From Octopus bimaculoides (Eukaryota), in the NCBI RefSeq assembly GCF_001194135.2, contig NC_068993.1, forward strand, positions 28,154,599-28,218,598: DNA of 64,000 nt. Reading direction: 5' to 3'. A model generated the notes under the pieces. That model made no database searches, was not told the origin of the DNA, and was given only the letters and a program-made list of their open reading frames with translations. The stretch's first letter is position 1; each line of letters starts with the position of its first letter. Positions 1 through 13,159 of the stretch are shown here, in pieces. The translations under genes and the position numbers were made by a program.

Positions 1-956
1 ATATATATATATATATATATATATATACTCTCCTCACAGTTTTTTCTCTTTCTTTCCCCATTTCTTACCTGTTCAACTGTCTCTTGCTCCCTCCTCTCTT
101 TCTCCATCTTCCCTTCTATCCACCCATCCATCATCTTAAGTTTTTCCACACAGTTTCGTCTCCCATACCCCCACCCATGTGCCTCCTGTTTCCACAGACC
201 TACGTTTCAGCAAATATATAACTACACACTATCACAAATATCAGCAACATAAATACACACACCTATACATATACACACACACATGCATGCATATACACAC
301 TCACACACATCTGCACTAACACAAAGTTTCATTGTTTAGCCCATTTAGATGCCAAAATATATTTTAAAACAACAAAAACATTAATACAACTAACAACAGA
401 TACATACACACCCACATACTTGCTCCCTCTACATATACACATACATATATATAAAGATGTCTACACAAAGTTTTATTGTCTGGCCCATTTCAGTACCACT
501 ACCATGGCAATAAAACAAAATCAAATCCCCACAGCAAAGAAAAATGCTTCAGTGTAGCTGCTTAACCATTTGGAAATCGTAGCCAAATCCTACTGTCTTA
601 AAAAGAGAAGGGCACATTAGATAATGTCGCCCAACATGCACTATGCCTAGGCATGGTCACAACTGAGAGATGTTGGTTGTATGTCTGTCAGATAAGTGCT
701 GACTTGAGGTTAAACAACAACAATCACACATTCTATCTCTCATTAAAATCTTCAGTTCTGTCAGTGTTGAAGACCAAGTTGAGAGATGAAGAAGGATAAG
801 TGAAAGAGGCTGCAATGAGGGAGAGAGAGTGAGAGATTAGGGTGTGTAAGTTTAAAAGTAAAACATCAGGACTTTCGTCTGGGAAATAGGAAATGCATCA
901 TACCTTGTTGTGCCTTCTGTATATGCTTGTGTGCTACTCACACAAACATATATACA

Positions 957-991
<35 letters not shown>

Positions 992-1314
992 GGCTGTGGA
1001 GAGGGGTCTAATGGCAACATAATGCTCACATGTGCTTCACTATCATGTGGGTCTTCAAAATTTATGTTTGTGGAATACCCTGTAACTTAAACAATAATTC
1101 AGTAAATCCGTACTGCAGATGATCGAACAGCTGGGCTGATTGTTAAAAGAACCCATCACATACATCTCTCTCTCGCTCTCTCACTCTCACTCTCACAAAT
1201 CATTCAGATTAGTGGTTAAAACTAAGTTAAAAGGGTATTTCATTGCTGCCTGATAGCCCACAGATCCAAAGGCATCCAATGATTTATCAGTACATTTTAT
1301 ACAACATAATTATT

Positions 1315-1806
1315 CAGTTCTTTATTTAAGAGATGAGGAATTATGTACATTATTTACATTTGACAGATATTTGTCCTCATCTTGTTTGTTGTTAACACAA
1401 CATTTCGGCTGATATACCCTCCAGCCTTCATCAGGTGTCATGGGGAAATTTTAAACCTGGGTTCTCATTCCTAAGGTATTTTAGATGTTATTATTATTAT
1501 TCAGGTCACTACTTGGAATCGAACTTGGAATCTTGGGGTTAGTAGCCTGCGCTCTTAACCACTACACCATATGGCATAGTGGTTAAGAGCGCGGGTTACT
1601 AATCCCAATATTCTGAGTTCGATTCCAGGCAGTGACCTGAATAATAATAATAACAACAACAATATCCAAAAATACCTTAGGAATGAGAACACAGGTTAGA
1701 AATTTCCCCAAGACACCTGATGAAGGCTGGAGGGTATATCAGCCGAAACGTGTTAACAACAAACAAGATGACAAATATCCATCAAATGTAAATAATGCAC
1801 ATAATT
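1315..1806. mobile_element. Head-to-head palindromic pair of a tRNA-headed SINE-like element carrying a hammerhead motif
   Basis: Arms 1315-1570 (-) and 1571-1806 (+) are reverse complements centred on CCATATGG. Each has A-box/B-box-like motifs (TGGCATAGTGG, GAGTTCGATTCC on the + arm), an (AAT)n spacer and GACAC-CTGATGA-A-GGCTG..CAGCC-GAAA. Confidence 0.85.
1394..1439 (-). ncRNA. Minimal type I hammerhead ribozyme motif (antisense to host gene)
   Basis: Minus strand reads GACAC CTGATGA A GGCTG gagggtatat CAGCC GAAA TGTT GTGTT. Stem I GACAC/GTGTT, 5-bp stem II, loopless stem III, GUU triplet; one extra A before stem II. Activity untested. Confidence 0.6.
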
Positions 1807-2172
1807 GTTATCATTAAACATTTCATGTGCTTCCATAATCCCATCATTGCATATTGCCTAGTAAACTTCAAATTGAGTATTACCTGATGACATGGCAATG
1901 TTGTGTAATCACATTACATAATCTTGTATAATCCCCACATGTTATCTCATGCCAAGTTGTATGATGCAACGAGTTAGAAATAATAAATTTTTGCTACTGA
2001 AGCATGTGTAATAATACCCAAATTAGTCATTTATTTCTTCTTTATCATTATATACATAAGGTCTTTATTGGGGATCATAAGTATTATTACATAATAATTC
2101 TTCGTTGTTTAAGTTTAGAAGAATATGTAATTCTATGAAACTTAGTAAATACATTTGGTAGTTAAAAGACAG

Positions 2173-2390
2173 GAATATTCTTTTCTACTCTAGGCACAAG
2201 GCCTGAAATTTTGGTGGTGGGGGAATCAATTAGATTGACCCAGTACACAACTGGTACTTACTTTATTGACCCTGAAAGGATGAAAGGCAAAGTCAACCTC
2301 AGTGGAATTTGAACTCAGAACGTAAAGACAGACGAAATACCCTAAGCATTTCGCCTGGTGTGCTAACGATTCTGCCAGCTCGCTGCCTTA
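2173..2390 (-). mobile_element. tRNA-derived CORE-type SINE (octopus OR-like)
   Basis: Reverse complement contains GAGTTCAAATTCC and the CORE-like block gttgactttgcctttcatcctttcagggtcaataaa. Confidence 0.75.
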
Positions 2391-3399
2391 AAAGACAGGA
2401 ATATTAACTCTGATATAAAGTGGTCCATTATTAATTATGCACTATCATATTTTAAATGTGATCATTGCCTTGAGGAAATGTATTATATAATTACTTCTAA
2501 ATTAGAATTATTAAACTGTAGAAATAATTTTACATTGAAATGTTCTTATAAATATAGAAAAACATTTAAATATTTCAAGAATAAACAACCCATTAATTAC
2601 AGTTATTTTTCCTATAATCTAATATGCATAATTTTTATACAAGTCTGTTTAAGTATAATTAATTGATAGATAATTAATTGCTGTGACATAGAATTTGTTT
2701 ATTTTTTATTCCTTCATTACCTATTGATATCATCAAAAGTTTAAACACTAAACTGGCTTTTCTTAGAATATTATATTTCTTCTTAACGTTCTTTTTGTAT
2801 GCGTTCGTGTACTGGAGATATTTTCTTAGTTCACTTTGAATTTAACCCATTTTGGATTGTGTTGATATCATTGTGTTCACATCTATTTTTGGATATATTA
2901 ATTTTACTGGTATTTTAGACCTTTTTTAGACACAATAGAGATGATCATCGGTAATATGTGGTGAAAAAGAATACAAGAGTTATGGAATGGAGTATGGGAA
3001 ATCCGGGCTACATATGTTTCTTAATGAGTGGAACCTCAGATGTGGTAAAATCCAAGTGAGGTGTATACTTCTGGCTACACTTTAGGCCAAGGATAACTTA
3101 ATTAGATTAAAGGCTACATTGTTGCAGGGGGGTACATGTTGACACAAAGATTCAATCAGAATATGTGAGGAGTATATAAATCATCATCATTTAACATCCA
3201 TGTTCCATGCTCACATGGGTGAGATGGTACCACAAGAGCTGGCCAGGCCAAAGCCTGCACCAGACTTCTGTGACTGTTTTGGCAGGATTTTTAATGTTGG
3301 ATGCCCTTTCTAACACCAACCACTCAACAGAGCAGACTTAGTGTTTTTTTTATGTGGCACAAGCACAGGCAAGGTGAGTAATGCTGTGCTTTTACAGAA

Positions 3400-3560
3400 A
3401 GTATAAACAACATCACAGAGAGGCTGTCTCCTTGGAATATGCCTTTGTGATATTGCATTCTATCGGTGATAATACAGTCACTCTTTGTGTTTAATTTCAA
3501 GATGGTGGCCCACAATGAAGTCAGGTCAGCTATGGCTTTGACTATTCTCACTGGAACTTT
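3400..3560 (-). mobile_element. Dong/R4-type non-LTR RT fragment
   Basis: ORF 3324-3674 includes KGIFQGDSLSVMLFIL. Confidence 0.55.
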
Positions 3561-3609
3561 AGAAAGTTGTATGTATGTATGTATATATGCATATATCATC
3601 ATCATCATC

Positions 3610-5006
3610 ATCATCATCCAATGCCTGTTTTGGGCATCCTCCTTTTTCAAACCAACCTTTCCAATCTCCTCCACCTTTTCCTTGGTCTACCTCACTTTTG
3701 CTCTCCATTTACCTCAAACACAATCACCCTCCTCAGAACATGCTCTTCATCCCTCAACATATGCCCATACCACCTCACTCCATTCACCAATTCATCCAAC
3801 CCCAGCATTCCCATCAAATCCTCAGTCCTCCTCTTATCAAATAGCTTCACCCTACACATTTCTCTCACCATTGCTCTCTCAGTCCTTCTCAAAATCACCA
3901 TCTCTCTCTACTTCAGACACCATGTCTCTCTCCCATACAGCATTGCAGCTCTCAAATAACTCTTATAGACCCTTCCTTTCATATTTAATGAGAACCTTTT
4001 CCCATATAACAACGCTCCACATTCCCTGAACTTCACCCAGCTAAGTCTCGCTCTTGCTGTCACAGTTGCTTCACATCTACATTTTACATCCACCCTATCT
4101 TCCAAATAACAAAACCCTCTCACCGTTTCCATCTCATCACATAGCATTTTCACTGGTTCTGCTAGCCCTCTAGCTCCTTTCTTACATCTTCCACAAACAA
4201 ACTCTCACACCAGTCTTGGGGTCACCTTCTTCATTTTCGTACCTACCATGAATTCATTTCTCACATTTCATACACATCGCATTTGCCATTACCCTCCCCC
4301 CGCATACACCACATGGATCCACCTTACTCACTAACATTTCTCCTTCCACCACTTTCACCATCACCTTCAAACGCCTGAGGTTTACCTTCAAACGCCTCCT
4401 TCCATTTCCAAAACTTCTCACTCAATCCTTCCATCATTTCACTCATCAAAACAAGGTCACCCGCATACAGTATCTCCATTATCAATCCCTCTCTTGCACT
4501 CTGTCACCACATCGACCACTATTGCAAACAATAACAGTGATAACACAGATCCCTGATGCACACCAACTTTCACCGCAAACTCCTCCGACAGCTCTGATCC
4601 AATTCTGACTTTTGTCTTTACCCTCTCATAGAAACTCATCATTGCTCTCACTATTACCTCTAGTACAACTCTCATCCTCAATACCTACTCAATCACCTTC
4701 CTTGGAACCCTATCAAATGCTTTCTCCAGATCAACGAAGCACATGTACTACTCCTCCTTATCTCAGTATTCCTGTTGTAATCTCCTTACAATGAACGCTG
4801 CATCTATTGTCCCCCTACCTGACATAAAACCAAATTGCATCTTGTCCATATCCACCCCCTTCTGAATTCTCCTCTCCAACACCCTTTCCACTATCTTCAT
4901 TGCATGCTCCAATAACTTCACTCCCAATCGCATCCTCTTTCCCCTTGAAGATCAGTACCACCACACTTAGTACCCAATCATCTGGCATTCCTCCTCCATC
5001 CAGCAC
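3610..5006 (-). mobile_element. Degenerate RTE-clade (RTE-X-like) LINE, RT and C-terminus
   Basis: Broken ORFs PDDWVLSVVVLIFKGKED, VKVGVHQGSVLSLLLF, AAMLYGRETW, RWYGHMLR. Confidence 0.85.
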
Positions 5007-5064
5007 ACCCTGTTTATATAGGTTTATAAATATGTATGTATATATGTGTGTGTGTGTATGTATA

Positions 5065-5885
5065 CCGTATATACACTCGTGTAAAATTCGAATTTTTTAG
5101 ATTATCTTTTAAAGTCAAACTTATGGAATTGACTATTACATGGATACTACTTTTGAGGGGCTGAAATTCAAGCTAGAATCTGATGTACCGTATCAGCAGC
5201 AGAAACCCAACTGATGATGATGATGATGATGATGATGATACAAGCCATTAAAAGATGAAATTGTATGGATGTGGGCAATGAAGGAAGTAACTATCATTAT
5301 GGTAGTAGTAGTAGGGACACTGGGATCATTTACAACTAGGTTCGAGAAATTTGAGACCTTGGGATGACATGAGGTAGTATATGCTCAGAAAACAGCTCTA
5401 TTAAGGACAGCGAGGATGAGCACTTGGATGTCAAGTATCGTGGAAAGAGACCCTGTAAAACCTTTGGAAACAGGTTTCTGTTTGTTCTTAAAAAATTAAT
5501 CAGTGCAAGTGAAATCAAGATCTCACAAGTGAAATAGAAATATGCTTGCGGCATATCCTGTGCATACATTATAATAATGGTGATGTAGCACCCATCAACA
5601 AATGTGTAGTGCTCGCTATTAAATGGTGTTTTAATATAAGCACTGTGCATTCCATTATAAGCACCAAGCATTCCACCTATAGAGCAGGCTACAGCAAGGT
5701 AGCTACACATTTTGTGACACCTGCGTACAGGATAATACAGTACTTTCACCCACAAATGTCATCCTGTTGTTTGCGAAATGCTAGGGTTAACTTTTATATG
5801 GAGACAATGGAAAATTCTTAATTTTTTGGCCAAAAATAGGAGGTCGATTTATACATGAGATTGACAATTACTTGAGTATATATGG
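5065..5885. mobile_element. pogo/Tigger-like non-autonomous element with nested insertion
   Basis: TA-flanked imperfect TIRs CCGTATATACACTCG and CTTGAGTATATATGG. Confidence 0.5.
5336..5730 (-). pseudogene. Possible Harbinger-type transposase remnant
   Basis: IGGMLGAYNGMHSAYIKTPFNSEH resembles the Harbinger G.(V)IGAIDGTH(I)AIKAP motif; heavily decayed. Confidence 0.3.
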
Positions 5886-6049
5886 TATATGTTTATGCAT
5901 ATATCTGTATATATATATCTATCCATATATGTGTGTGTGTGAGTGAGTGTGTAGTTGTTTTTACATATGTATATATATATTTGTATATAATCACATCTTC
6001 ATATATATGTATGTGTTATATGCATTTACATATCTATGTAAGGGACAGG

Positions 6050-6730
6050 TCAGGTCAGGTGTGGGGTCATTTACAGTTGCAGCGTGTTGTTGCATTCACT
6101 ATTTGTCAGCATATTCTCAGGTCCTCCTGGGCAACCCATCAAGCAAAGTCCCATTCAGTTCCTATCTCCATGAGATACCTCCTCAACTGTCATGACCATG
6201 TGGCATGTGGTTAACCAACACAAGCTGTCAACCCAGCCAAATTTTCAGTGAAGAGAACGTGGTAAGTAGGGTGTAAGTTGGAAAATCAAGCAACAATGCC
6301 AAACAGTCTGAGTTGGGGCTCCCAAATCATACAACCAACAGAACAAATCCCAGTTCTTTGGCAGATTTATTGGTTGGATATCAAATCCAACTAATGGTAG
6401 CCCATAATCCTACAAAGCTTCCTGGAACTAAAGGATTTCAGGCACTCTTAAAGGCCCTGGACAGTGTCCAAGTCTCACAACTATAGAGCATTATAGGGTG
6501 GATCAGACATTTAGAAACCCAAGCTTTTGTCTTCCTACACAGATATTGGCTGGTTCCAATGGTATTAGATGTAACACCTATCAATGAATGTATTATGTGT
6601 CTGAGGATTCAACATTCTCTGGATGTCATCTCCTTGATTGCAGTGTATGCTCTGACTGCTATAAGTGACAGGTCAGTGAGGGAGACATTCTTCATACAGC
6701 TGTGCTCTGTGATGGAGAGGATCCTCTAGA
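6050..6730 (-). mobile_element. Highly decayed RTE-like LINE fragments
   Basis: Minus strand gives PIMLYSCETWTL (RT C-terminus) and LIAVRAYT (endonuclease-like). Confidence 0.45.
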
Positions 6731-7559
6731 GAGCTATGATCTTGATTATGTACAGGGTGTTTGGGATAAATTTGATAGTTTGCATAAAAGGAAGAGAAAA
6801 CAATATCTCATCTGAAAATAAAAGTATTTTTTTAAAAATCAAAAAATATTAACTAGATTATGGTTGAGAGATAACAGTTTACTCTGCCTCTGCAAGACCC
6901 TTGAAATTCTGTTTGCCAACAGGAAAAAAAAAATCCTTAATTAGCATAATGAACTAATTGTCAATTGTCAAGATAAATTAAAATTTACATTCAAGAACTT
7001 TATAAGAGAAAATGGATAATTATAACAGTTTATTTTTATGAAATTATTTTCTTATAACTTTCTTTTCATTGACTTCACTCTGTTTCTATTTTTATTATTT
7101 TTGTTATCCTTTCTTTACACCATCTCATACTATTCTTATTCTTTGTTTTATTTTGTCTTATATTACTTCATTCATCTTTGCCTTAATTGATATATATAAA
7201 AGACAAAGTTATTTTATTCTACACGAGTGGAAATGTAGAAAATAGAAGTTGAAAATGCACTGGGATTCATCAGGATTTTTTATTTAAAAATTTTAAAAAA
7301 ACTTAACTGGTTCCACAGATTTCTCAGACTTTTAAAAGTTGAGATAGAAAAACATGGAGCTATGCTACAACTGTTTTGCGTCTGAGTGGAGTTCAAAAAT
7401 TCTCTTGTTTTTATAGAGAGAGAACACGACTCAAATTAGTATCTGCTTTGGATGATCAGGTGATGAGGATTAGAAATTTTTGTAAGTTCCCTGTTACGTC
7501 CATTCTTTAATGTTATGTGACAATATGGTGCCATAAGCTATCAAAGTTATATATCATTT

Positions 7560-7930
7560 TATCTTTTACTTTTTACTTATTTCAGTCATTAGACTTCAGC
7601 CATGCTGGGGCACTGCCTTGGAAGGTTTAGTTGAAATAATGGACCATACTATTTATTTGAGTCTAAGCATTGTACTTATATCAATCTCTTTTTGCTAATC
7701 CACTAAGTTATGAGGACATAAACAAACCAATGTTGGATTTTGAAGCTGTTGTGAGGGACAAGCACAAACACAAAAACACAGACATATAGGTATATACATA
7801 TATATGTGTACCAAATTCACTCAAGGCTTTAGTCAGCCTGTGATGAAAGTAGAGGACACTTGCCCAAGGTGTCACATAGTGGGACTGAACCTAGAATTAC
7901 ATAGTTAGGAAGCAAACTTCTTACTACAAA
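7560..7930 (-). mobile_element. Degenerate tRNA-derived SINE (same family as 13160-13562)
   Basis: Shares tgactgaaa tail and cccactatgtgacaccttgggcaagtg head-region motifs with the 13160 copy. Confidence 0.65.
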
Positions 7931-8690
7931 CTTCGTACAACAATTAGTTGTACAACTACAACTGTAGGAGTTAGAGCTCCACATAGATTATCATTATCCA
8001 GTCAGCTTCCAGTATTGTAGTTAGTCAACTACTGTACTTAGTAGTGTTACTAATTATGATATACAGAGCATATGTAGAGGAAAATTACGATAAACATCAT
8101 TATAAATAATGCAATAAAGTGTTCCCCTGATGATCCAAGTGTACTTAGAACATTCAGTGCTGAATTCCAAATAACTGCAATGGTGAAATCTATGTGGGAA
8201 CTAAATATTTATATATGTGTGTATATATATATATACAGTACCATCTTGGGGCAGGAGTGAATTGTCAGAACTATTAGAATGCCTTGAGTATCTTTACCAG
8301 GATTCCACTATGTTGCAAATATTTGGGTCTGATTTCCAGAGAACTTCCTCCTTTCTTCTTACCAAAGTTAGTGGCCCTGAGAAAAGAGTCACGAGCACTT
8401 CCCTTCCCTCACTGACCAAGCAAGAAAAGAAAAAGAAACTTACTCCTTCAAATTTGTGGCCTCTGCCAATTTGAGGAATCGTGATGAATAGAGTTAATAG
8501 TAATTTTAGCTAAATCAGTATGGAAGATTTTTTGTATTTTGGCTGAAATCAACAAGTAAATGACATGAGCTGGTTTCATCAACTATATTCCCCACCTCCA
8601 AAATTTGTGCTAATATTAAAATGTTTTATTTTGCATTCCAATTTCCAATTTATGTCTGAATCATATATCTGTAATATTTGATCTTTACAG

Positions 8691-8784
8691 ATTGTGTATG
8701 AAGAATGTGGAGAATGTTACACATTGTATATTGTTGCAGATACCAGTAAACAAAGAGAAACTTGGATATCTACTATACGACATG
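8691..8784 (+). CDS. Btk29A: Tec-family kinase exon: PH domain C-terminal part
   Basis: Acceptor atctttacag|ATT and donor CATG|gtacgt. Translation IVYEECGECYTLYIVADTSKQRETWISTIRH matches the Tec/Btk PH pattern (F)Q-I/V-V-Y...LY(V/I)...W(I). Phase 0 to phase 1. Confidence 0.88.
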
Positions 8785-9024
8785 GTACGTACAGGCTGTT
8801 ATGACTTATAAATTTGCCATGTGCCATGTGATATATAAGCTGGCTGTGTTTATCATGATGCAGCATATGTATAAGTTGTTTCTGTGCTTATGTTGAAAGA
8901 TCAGTTGTTGTCATTATTTAAGATCCCAGAGTATTCATGATCAAGCAGAGCTATGATCAGTGATATTCTTCCCAAATCATAAACTTTTCACCTTTCTGCT
9001 TTTCAGACTTAAGTAAATGAGTGA

Positions 9025-9960
9025 AGAAAGTTCAAGATGGCTGCTGGATATTGGGCTGTTATTGGTCAATGCAGGTCACTCCTGACAACCCAGATATACC
9101 ATCTTAAGCCTGACTACCCCATATGCTAGGACAGGGTGCTTAACTTCTGTTACCCACATAGACTACAGATTGGTCCATCCAGACCTTTCTGTCTAAAACA
9201 TTTTCTGTAATCTTCTATGATTGTGTATATATATATATGTGTGTGTGTGTATTGCTTTCCTTTCTTTCTTTCCCTAGCACTGCCAAATCTTAATCTTACA
9301 ATAAACTTGGTTATCCTCTCAATGATGTTGTTGCATGACTCCAAACAACACACTAGCACATCAGCACATACACATCCTCACACACCAGTCCCAAGTGTGC
9401 ACTTACCAGACATGCTCACACATGCATAACTACAAGAGGTATGCATATACACATACAATCAAGATGTAAACATACATGCAACCATTCATGCAGTTACACA
9501 TGCACACACACACGCACACACACACACACACAGACATACTCATATGTACACTCATACACACATGCCAAACACGTGCACACATACCTCCACACAGCAGATA
9601 CTAACACGTGTATGTGCACATATGCACACACACAATGATGTATAGTCACAGGTGATACACACTTTCATGTATACATACACCAGATTCACACACCCAAGCA
9701 CATACATTTGCATTAATGAACCTAATGCTCAGGTACACACACATTCACGCCAACAACTGGCATTGCTAACAATTCTCTTTTCATTCCTTAGACAGTAACA
9801 TGCTGCTTATATCCTGTCCAACCACATGGTCCTAGAAGTACAGATTGGGATTTCTATCCCTATCTGATATCACTACTGTATCAGTAACAGTGCCAACAGC
9901 ATCATGTGACATACCTTGACCAATAACAGCCCAATATCCAGTAGCCATCTTGAACTTTCT
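9025..9960. repeat. MITE-like element with 45-bp inverted termini
   Basis: agaaagttcaagatggctgctggatattgggctgttattggtcaa at 9025 matches the reverse complement ending at 9960 with one mismatch; CA-rich interior. Confidence 0.7.
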
Positions 9961-11529
9961 CCTTTTGGTTACCAAAGCTTAAAGAGCTAGGTTTGTTTTA
10001 CAAGCCCATTAAACTTTAAGTTGCATGGAGCCAAATCAGACCATTATCAAATAATGTATGTAACTCCTGCCAAATGTGTTGCGTGCCACTTTCTTTTGTG
10101 TGTGTGTGTGTGTGTGTGTGGTTCAAATGTACAGAAAACAAAAGACAAAGACAGGTGAGGGAACAACAAGCAGGCGTACTAGTTTGATGTTTGGGAAGAA
10201 TGGAAAAAGTCTTTGATGTTTCAAGCCTATGCTTTTCAACATAAAGGGATGAGAGGGAAAAAAATAGAGAGAGAGAGAAAATGTGTCAAGATTAACAGTT
10301 TAACATGATGATATGACCAGAAGAAAGAGGCTGAATGGAGGGGATATAACAGCGACCTGGCTGAACTGGGGTGTGTGTGTATCTGCGTGATTTCTATATA
10401 TATATATAAATCATATATATATTAAAAAATTTTGTGTACATGTGAATAGAATAGTGCAACAAAGGTATAAACAGGCAAACAACTTGTGTCAGGTCAGATT
10501 ATGACATTTATATATTTAAACATCGTCAAAACATTAGTGTAGAACTGAATGTTAGAGGAGTCCAGATCACAAGAGGTCAATAAAAGATCATTTGGGGTAT
10601 GTTCATAATGGTTGTGGCATTCTCCTGGAACAGTTATGCAATAAGTCCAAATTATTGGTATTAGGTAAGTAGAATCCAAGACGGAATAAGTAGAAGAAAG
10701 AAGGTGTGGAGATGCATGGGTTGTACATTTCCCTACAATCAATCTACAGCTTTCATTAGTGTAGCAATCTATTCCATCATCTTGAAGATAGTGTTTTGCA
10801 TTGATATACTTTTATTATATATTCCTATGTATTTTTCGATAAAAAACCTGAATGTGGATAAGTTAAATTTTGCTGCAGTACATTTTTGTTTCTTATTTAA
10901 AGTGTTTAAGCTTATTTCACTTTCATATGAAATAACATCTTCATCTATAATACATTGAAACATAAACCACAGCAAATTAAAGTTTCACAAACAATTCTGT
11001 GAGCTTCTTACATATTTATGTATTTTCTATTAATTTTAGATATTTTTTGATAGTTGGTGCCTGTATGTGGTTTGTGGACTTCTTAGAAATTACAGTCAAA
11101 TCACACCCTATCACCTTAAAGAGTCATGAAATAATATAATTCTAGGTATAACCTAAAAAGACAGAGTGATCAAGGCTGGAATGACTCTAATCAAAGACAT
11201 TCCAGCCATATGAAATTCGTGGTACTTGAGGCTGTAATCCCTCCTTTTTCATATGGTATTGATGAGTAACATGCCTCATAGTTTAAATTCTGTTTATAAG
11301 TTATTGATGATTAATTTTTTATGAAATTCTAAGAAAATGCAAAGTAGTTTTTAAAGCAAAGAAGTGAAAATGAATTATAAAAGATATAAGTAAAGGATAT
11401 TTATTGTATGATGGCAGTTGGTTGTAATTCTGCCCCCAAAACTATACTTGATGATGTGTACAGATATATTTTCTGTTACTTATGTTTATAGTCCATATTT
11501 TTCTCGTGTGAAAGGATAGATATAGAAAG

Positions 11530-12683
11530 TACTGGGCCATTCCATAAATAATGCAGTTTTTTTCAATTGCATGAAATGAAAGTCAGAAGGGGATGGGATA
11601 AACTACCTGCATCAACTTGCTATAAAAGCAGGTAGTAATTTTACCTTGCACTTATTCTTAGTGCAAATTTTGAGAGTGCAGTTTCATTTTAAACAGTTAT
11701 TTTTTCAAAGCTATAATGGAAGTGACAAAGGAGCATATTAAGCATATTTTGCTCTATGGGTTCAATAAAGGCAACAACACAATGGAAAGTGTGAGAAATA
11801 TTAATGCAGTATATGGGGATCGGACAATAAGTGTAAGCCAGTGTCAGCGGTGGTTCCAGAAATTCTGAGCCCAAAACTACAGCCAAGAAGATGAGCCTCG
11901 TCCTGGAAGATCTGTAGAGCTCAACGAGACATCCTGCAAACCTTGGTGGAACAAAATCTCATCATAACTGTTGAGGAACTAGCAGAGAAGCTTGGATTTG
12001 GTCATTCAACCATTCATCAACATCTGCATGCCATTGGAAAAGTCAGCAAATTGGGTCAATGGGTTCCTCACAAACTTTCCCAGTATAATCTCATGCAGAG
12101 AGTGAATGTGGGCTCTTCATTGCTGTCACATCTCACAAATGAACCTTTTTTTGGACTGAATAGTGACTGGTAACAAGAAATGGGTTCTTCAAAAAATGTC
12201 AAGCACTGAAGATAGTGGGTAGGGAAACGAGAAACACTGGCACCCCAGGCTAAATAAGGTTTTCACCCACATAAGGTGTTGTTATCTGTTTGGTGGGATA
12301 TGAAAGTTTTAATCCACTTTGAACCAGGGCTGTGGAGTTGGAGTCAGAGTTGGAGTCGGAAGCAATTAAGGGGTAGCTAGTGTCAGAGTCAGTAAGACTA
12401 TACCGACTCTGACTCACAATACCTTTATTCTTTAATATAAACCAGTTATAACATATAGGCCTACTCAAAGTACAAGCATATTCATATGCTTTATGAGATA
12501 TGTAGACCACAATCACTTAATTACATAAAGAGGAATCAGAGTCAGAGGTGCCAATAGTAGAGGAGTCAGAGTCAAAGATTTGTTTCAACTCCACAGCCCT
12601 GCTTTGAACTTTTAAAACCAAACAATAATTTTGAAAAATAAAAGAAGTATAAAAAAACGCATTATTTATGGGATGACCCAATA
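11530..12683 (+). mobile_element. Internally deleted mariner element
   Basis: TIRs tactgggccattccataaataatgc and gcattatttatgggatgacccaata. Transposase remnants EDEPRPGR, LGQWVPHKL, HPHKVLLSVWWD. Confidence 0.85.
12325..12601. mobile_element. hAT-type MITE nested in the mariner
   Basis: TIR CAGGGCTGTGGAGT / ACTCCACAGCCCTG, perfect 8-bp TSD ctttgaac (12317-12324, 12602-12609), internal (A/G)GAGTC repeats. Confidence 0.9.
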
Positions 12684-12799
12684 GAATATTTTAATTGGCT
12701 GAAATGAGAAAAAATATGGAAGTAGTAAGGGATGATTAATGAATGAAAAATACATACCTTATGATGAAATTTGCATGTAATCAGTGTTGTAATCCTGCC

Positions 12800-13005
12800 A
12801 GCTGCAGTTGTAGTGTTCAGATAGTATTAATATTTGGGTGCTTCTGACTTTATGTTCTGATTTCAAATGCCACGAGGGTTGACTTTGCCTTTCATGCTTT
12901 TGGGGTTGATAAGATAAGTACCAGTTGAACACTGGGGTCTGTGTAATCAACTTACTCCTCTCCTGAAATTGCAAGCTTTGCACCAAACTTTGAAATCAAT
13001 ATTTG
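12800..13005 (+). mobile_element. CORE-type SINE
   Basis: Contains gttgactttgcctttcatgcttttggggttgataagataagtaccag. Confidence 0.65.
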
Positions 13006-13159
13006 GATGTTTTTAATATGTCAGTTTGTTGCTATTCTGTAATTTTCCATGACTCCTGAAGAAGGAACATAGCATGTTGAATTGAATGAGAAAGTCTCTT
13101 GAAATGTGTCCTGTATTTCCTTTGGTAGATGATTTGACACTCTGTGCTGTCCTAGATAC

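Noticed and set aside
1571-1635. tRNA gene
   Set aside because: tRNA-like head of a repeat that continues into a conserved SINE body; no full cloverleaf or terminator.
13051-13115. + strand CTGAAGA...GAAATGTGTC hammerhead-like motif
   Set aside because: Stem I cannot form and stem II is weak.
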